NCBI GenBank assembly: GCA_014905635.1
Contig: JABVCE010000013.1
Location: forward strand, 558,001 to 622,000
Direction: 5' to 3'
Source: Scenedesmus sp. PABB004
Taxonomy: Eukaryota
Length of the DNA: 64,000 bases
Positions within the stretch are counted from its first letter, which is position 1, and each line of letters begins with the position of its first letter. The notes below the pieces were generated by a model, which did no database searches, was not told the origin of the DNA, and saw only the letters and a list, made by a program, of their open reading frames with translations. Of the stretch, positions 62,046 to 64,000 are shown piece by piece. Made by a program: the position numbers and the translations under genes.

Positions 62046-64000
62046 TCACGGCTCCGAGTGCTTGACGCGCGGCGCGGGCCGCTTGCAGCCCTTGAAGACC
62101 TTTGGCTGCGGCATGGAGAGCCACGCGGGCGTGTGGTCCTCGAGGAACTGCAGCACCGGGCGGATGACCGGCATGAGCACCGGGTCGACCAGCTTCTTCT
62201 CAACCTGTGTGTGTGTGTGGGGGGGGGGGGGGTGGGGGGGGGCAGAGGAGGGAGGGAGGCAGAGGAGGGAGGGAGGCGGAGGAGGGAGGGAGGCGGAGGA
62301 GGGAGGGAGGCGCGGCGGGGCGGCGGTGGGCGGTGGGCGCGGGGCGGACGCGAGAGCGGGGGTCGGGCGGGCAGCCTCGGCAGGGGCCGGGCGGGGGTCG
62401 GGCTGGCGGCGGCGCGCGGGGCCCGTGCGGGGGCCGCGCGGGGGCGCGCGGGTCGCGGGTCAGATCATCACCTCGACGATGACGTAGACGATGACCATCG
62501 ACACGATGGCCCGCGCCCACTGCACGCCGCTCATGCCCTCGCCCATGTGCAGGAAGGAGGAGACGCCGGGCGTGTAGGTCAGGAAGAACTGCAGCGCGAC
62601 TGCGGCAAGCAAGGCGGGGGCGGGGCGCGCGGCGGGGCGGGGCGGGGCGCGTTGTGAGTGGGGCGTGAGCGCTCGAGGCTCAGGGGGCGAGAGCCAACCG
62701 GCTGGAGCCCCGCAAGGCCGTGCGGCGCCGCGCGGCGCGGCGCGGCGCGGCGCGCACTCGTGACGCCGATGGAGGCGTAGCACCAGGGGTTGCCGCGCAG
62801 CGCGCGCGGGTGGAAGGTGGAGGCCTTGATGAACCTGGCGGCGGGGCGGCGGGGTTCAGGGCCCAGGGGCGGGGCGCGGGGTTTAGTAACGAGGCGCTGG
62901 CCGTCACGCGGGCCGGCCCGTGGGCAGGGCCGGCGGCGGGCCCCGCTGGCGCCGCGGTCCGGGCGCCGCGCCGCCGCGCGCCGCACCGCGTCGTGACGGC
63001 GTAGCCGATCTCACCAAACACGAGGACGTTGAACGCCTCGGCGCGGCGGCGTGCGAGCGAGAGGCCCTCGGTCGCGCCCCAGTAGAAGCAGCCGAGCACG
63101 AGGATGACGAGCAGGTGCGTCACAAACACGCAGCGCCACAGCACGAGCTTGCCCTGCAGGGCGGAGGGAGGGAGGGCAGAGAGGCGGAGGGAGGGCGGAG
63201 GGAGGGCGGAGGGAGGGCGGAGGGGCAAAGCGGGGCGGCGGTGGTGAGCGGCGGGCGGCCCGCGGCGGGGGCGCGGCGGCCGAGGCAGGGCGCGGCCGGG
63301 GGAGGGAGGGGGCGCGGGCGCGGGCGCGGGCGCGGCGCGCACCAGGAGGCGCTTGCCGGGGCGGCGCGGCGGGCGGTCCATGACGCTCGGCTCGGCCGGC
63401 TCGGCGGCGAGCATGATGCCTGGCGACCGGCGGGCGCGGCGCGGCGCGGCGGAGCGGTGCGCCGGGCGGCGCGGTGGGCCGCGGGCGGCGCGGGCTTGCG
63501 CGGCGCGGGCTCGTGCGGTGCTGGGCGGCGCGGCGCGGCGCGGGCTCGTGCGGCGACGGCGGCGCGGGCGCGTGCGGGGTGCGGCGCGCCGCACCCATGG
63601 TGACCGCTGTGACGAGGTTGACGTAGAGCACCTGCATCGCTGTGAGGGGCATGTCGTGCAGGCCGAACACAAACGCCCAGAAAATGCTCCCGCCCTGGTG
63701 ATGATGGCGCGGACGACGCGACGGACGCGGCGCAGGGACGTCGGACGTGGCGGCGGCGGCGCGGCGGCGCGGCGAGGGTGGGGCCCGCGCGCGGGCGCGG
63801 AGCGGCGGCGCCCGCCCGGGTCCGCGCCTGCGCAAAGTTGACTGGCAGGTTGAACAGCAGGATCTTGCGCAGGTTGTCCCACACGCTGGGGGATGGAGAG
63901 CAAGGGCGGGCGGGCGGGAGGAGAGGAGAGTCAGCACGCGGGGGGCGCAGCGCTGCGGCGCGGGGCCGGCCGTCAGCGCCAGCGGCGCGGGCGCGCGGGC
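62046..64000 (-). CDS. P-type (P2) cation-transporting ATPase, C-terminal part; gene begins beyond the right edge; spliced
   Basis: VWDNLRKILLFNLPVNFAQ, PLTAMQVLYVNLVT, LAAEPAEPSVMDRPPR, AFNVLVFGEI, LQFFLTYTPG, IVEVEK. Confidence 0.92.

Overview
Extremely GC-rich, intron-dense eukaryotic nuclear DNA. Gene content (PsbP-domain protein, TatB/Hcf106, radial spoke protein 3, TGTAA poly(A) signals) points to a chlorophyte green alga, probably Sphaeropleales-like (inference). About 23 spliced protein genes are packed with short spacers. Recognisable products include a USP deubiquitinase (partial), RSP3, two tandem RING proteins, a mitochondrial carrier, a DSE1/GNB1L-like WD40 protein, a PsbP-domain protein, an LRR protein, RAPTOR, proteasome beta1, TatB, a class 3 lipase, an RS/RRM protein, a TMC/OSCA-like channel, PIG-L, a nucleotide-sugar transporter, QNG1 and a P2 ATPase (partial). 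Most ORFs in the supplied track are GC shadow frames. CDS coordinates are gene spans including introns, and exon models were built by eye. Main points of interest: (1) tandem paralogues fusing an uncharacterised phage-like LH..I..L.TGGW.T..T...N domain to a C-terminal RING; (2) a ~3 kb element with 167-bp inverted ends and terminal hairpins, no recognisable transposase, a spliced zinc-ribbon gene and a 72-bp fold-back over a splice donor; (3) very frequent GC-AG introns; (4) a ~600-bp direct repeat flanking an orphan gene; (5) a QNG1 intron built from copies of its neighbouring exon; (6) recurrent single-base frameshifts at G/C runs, probably assembly errors.
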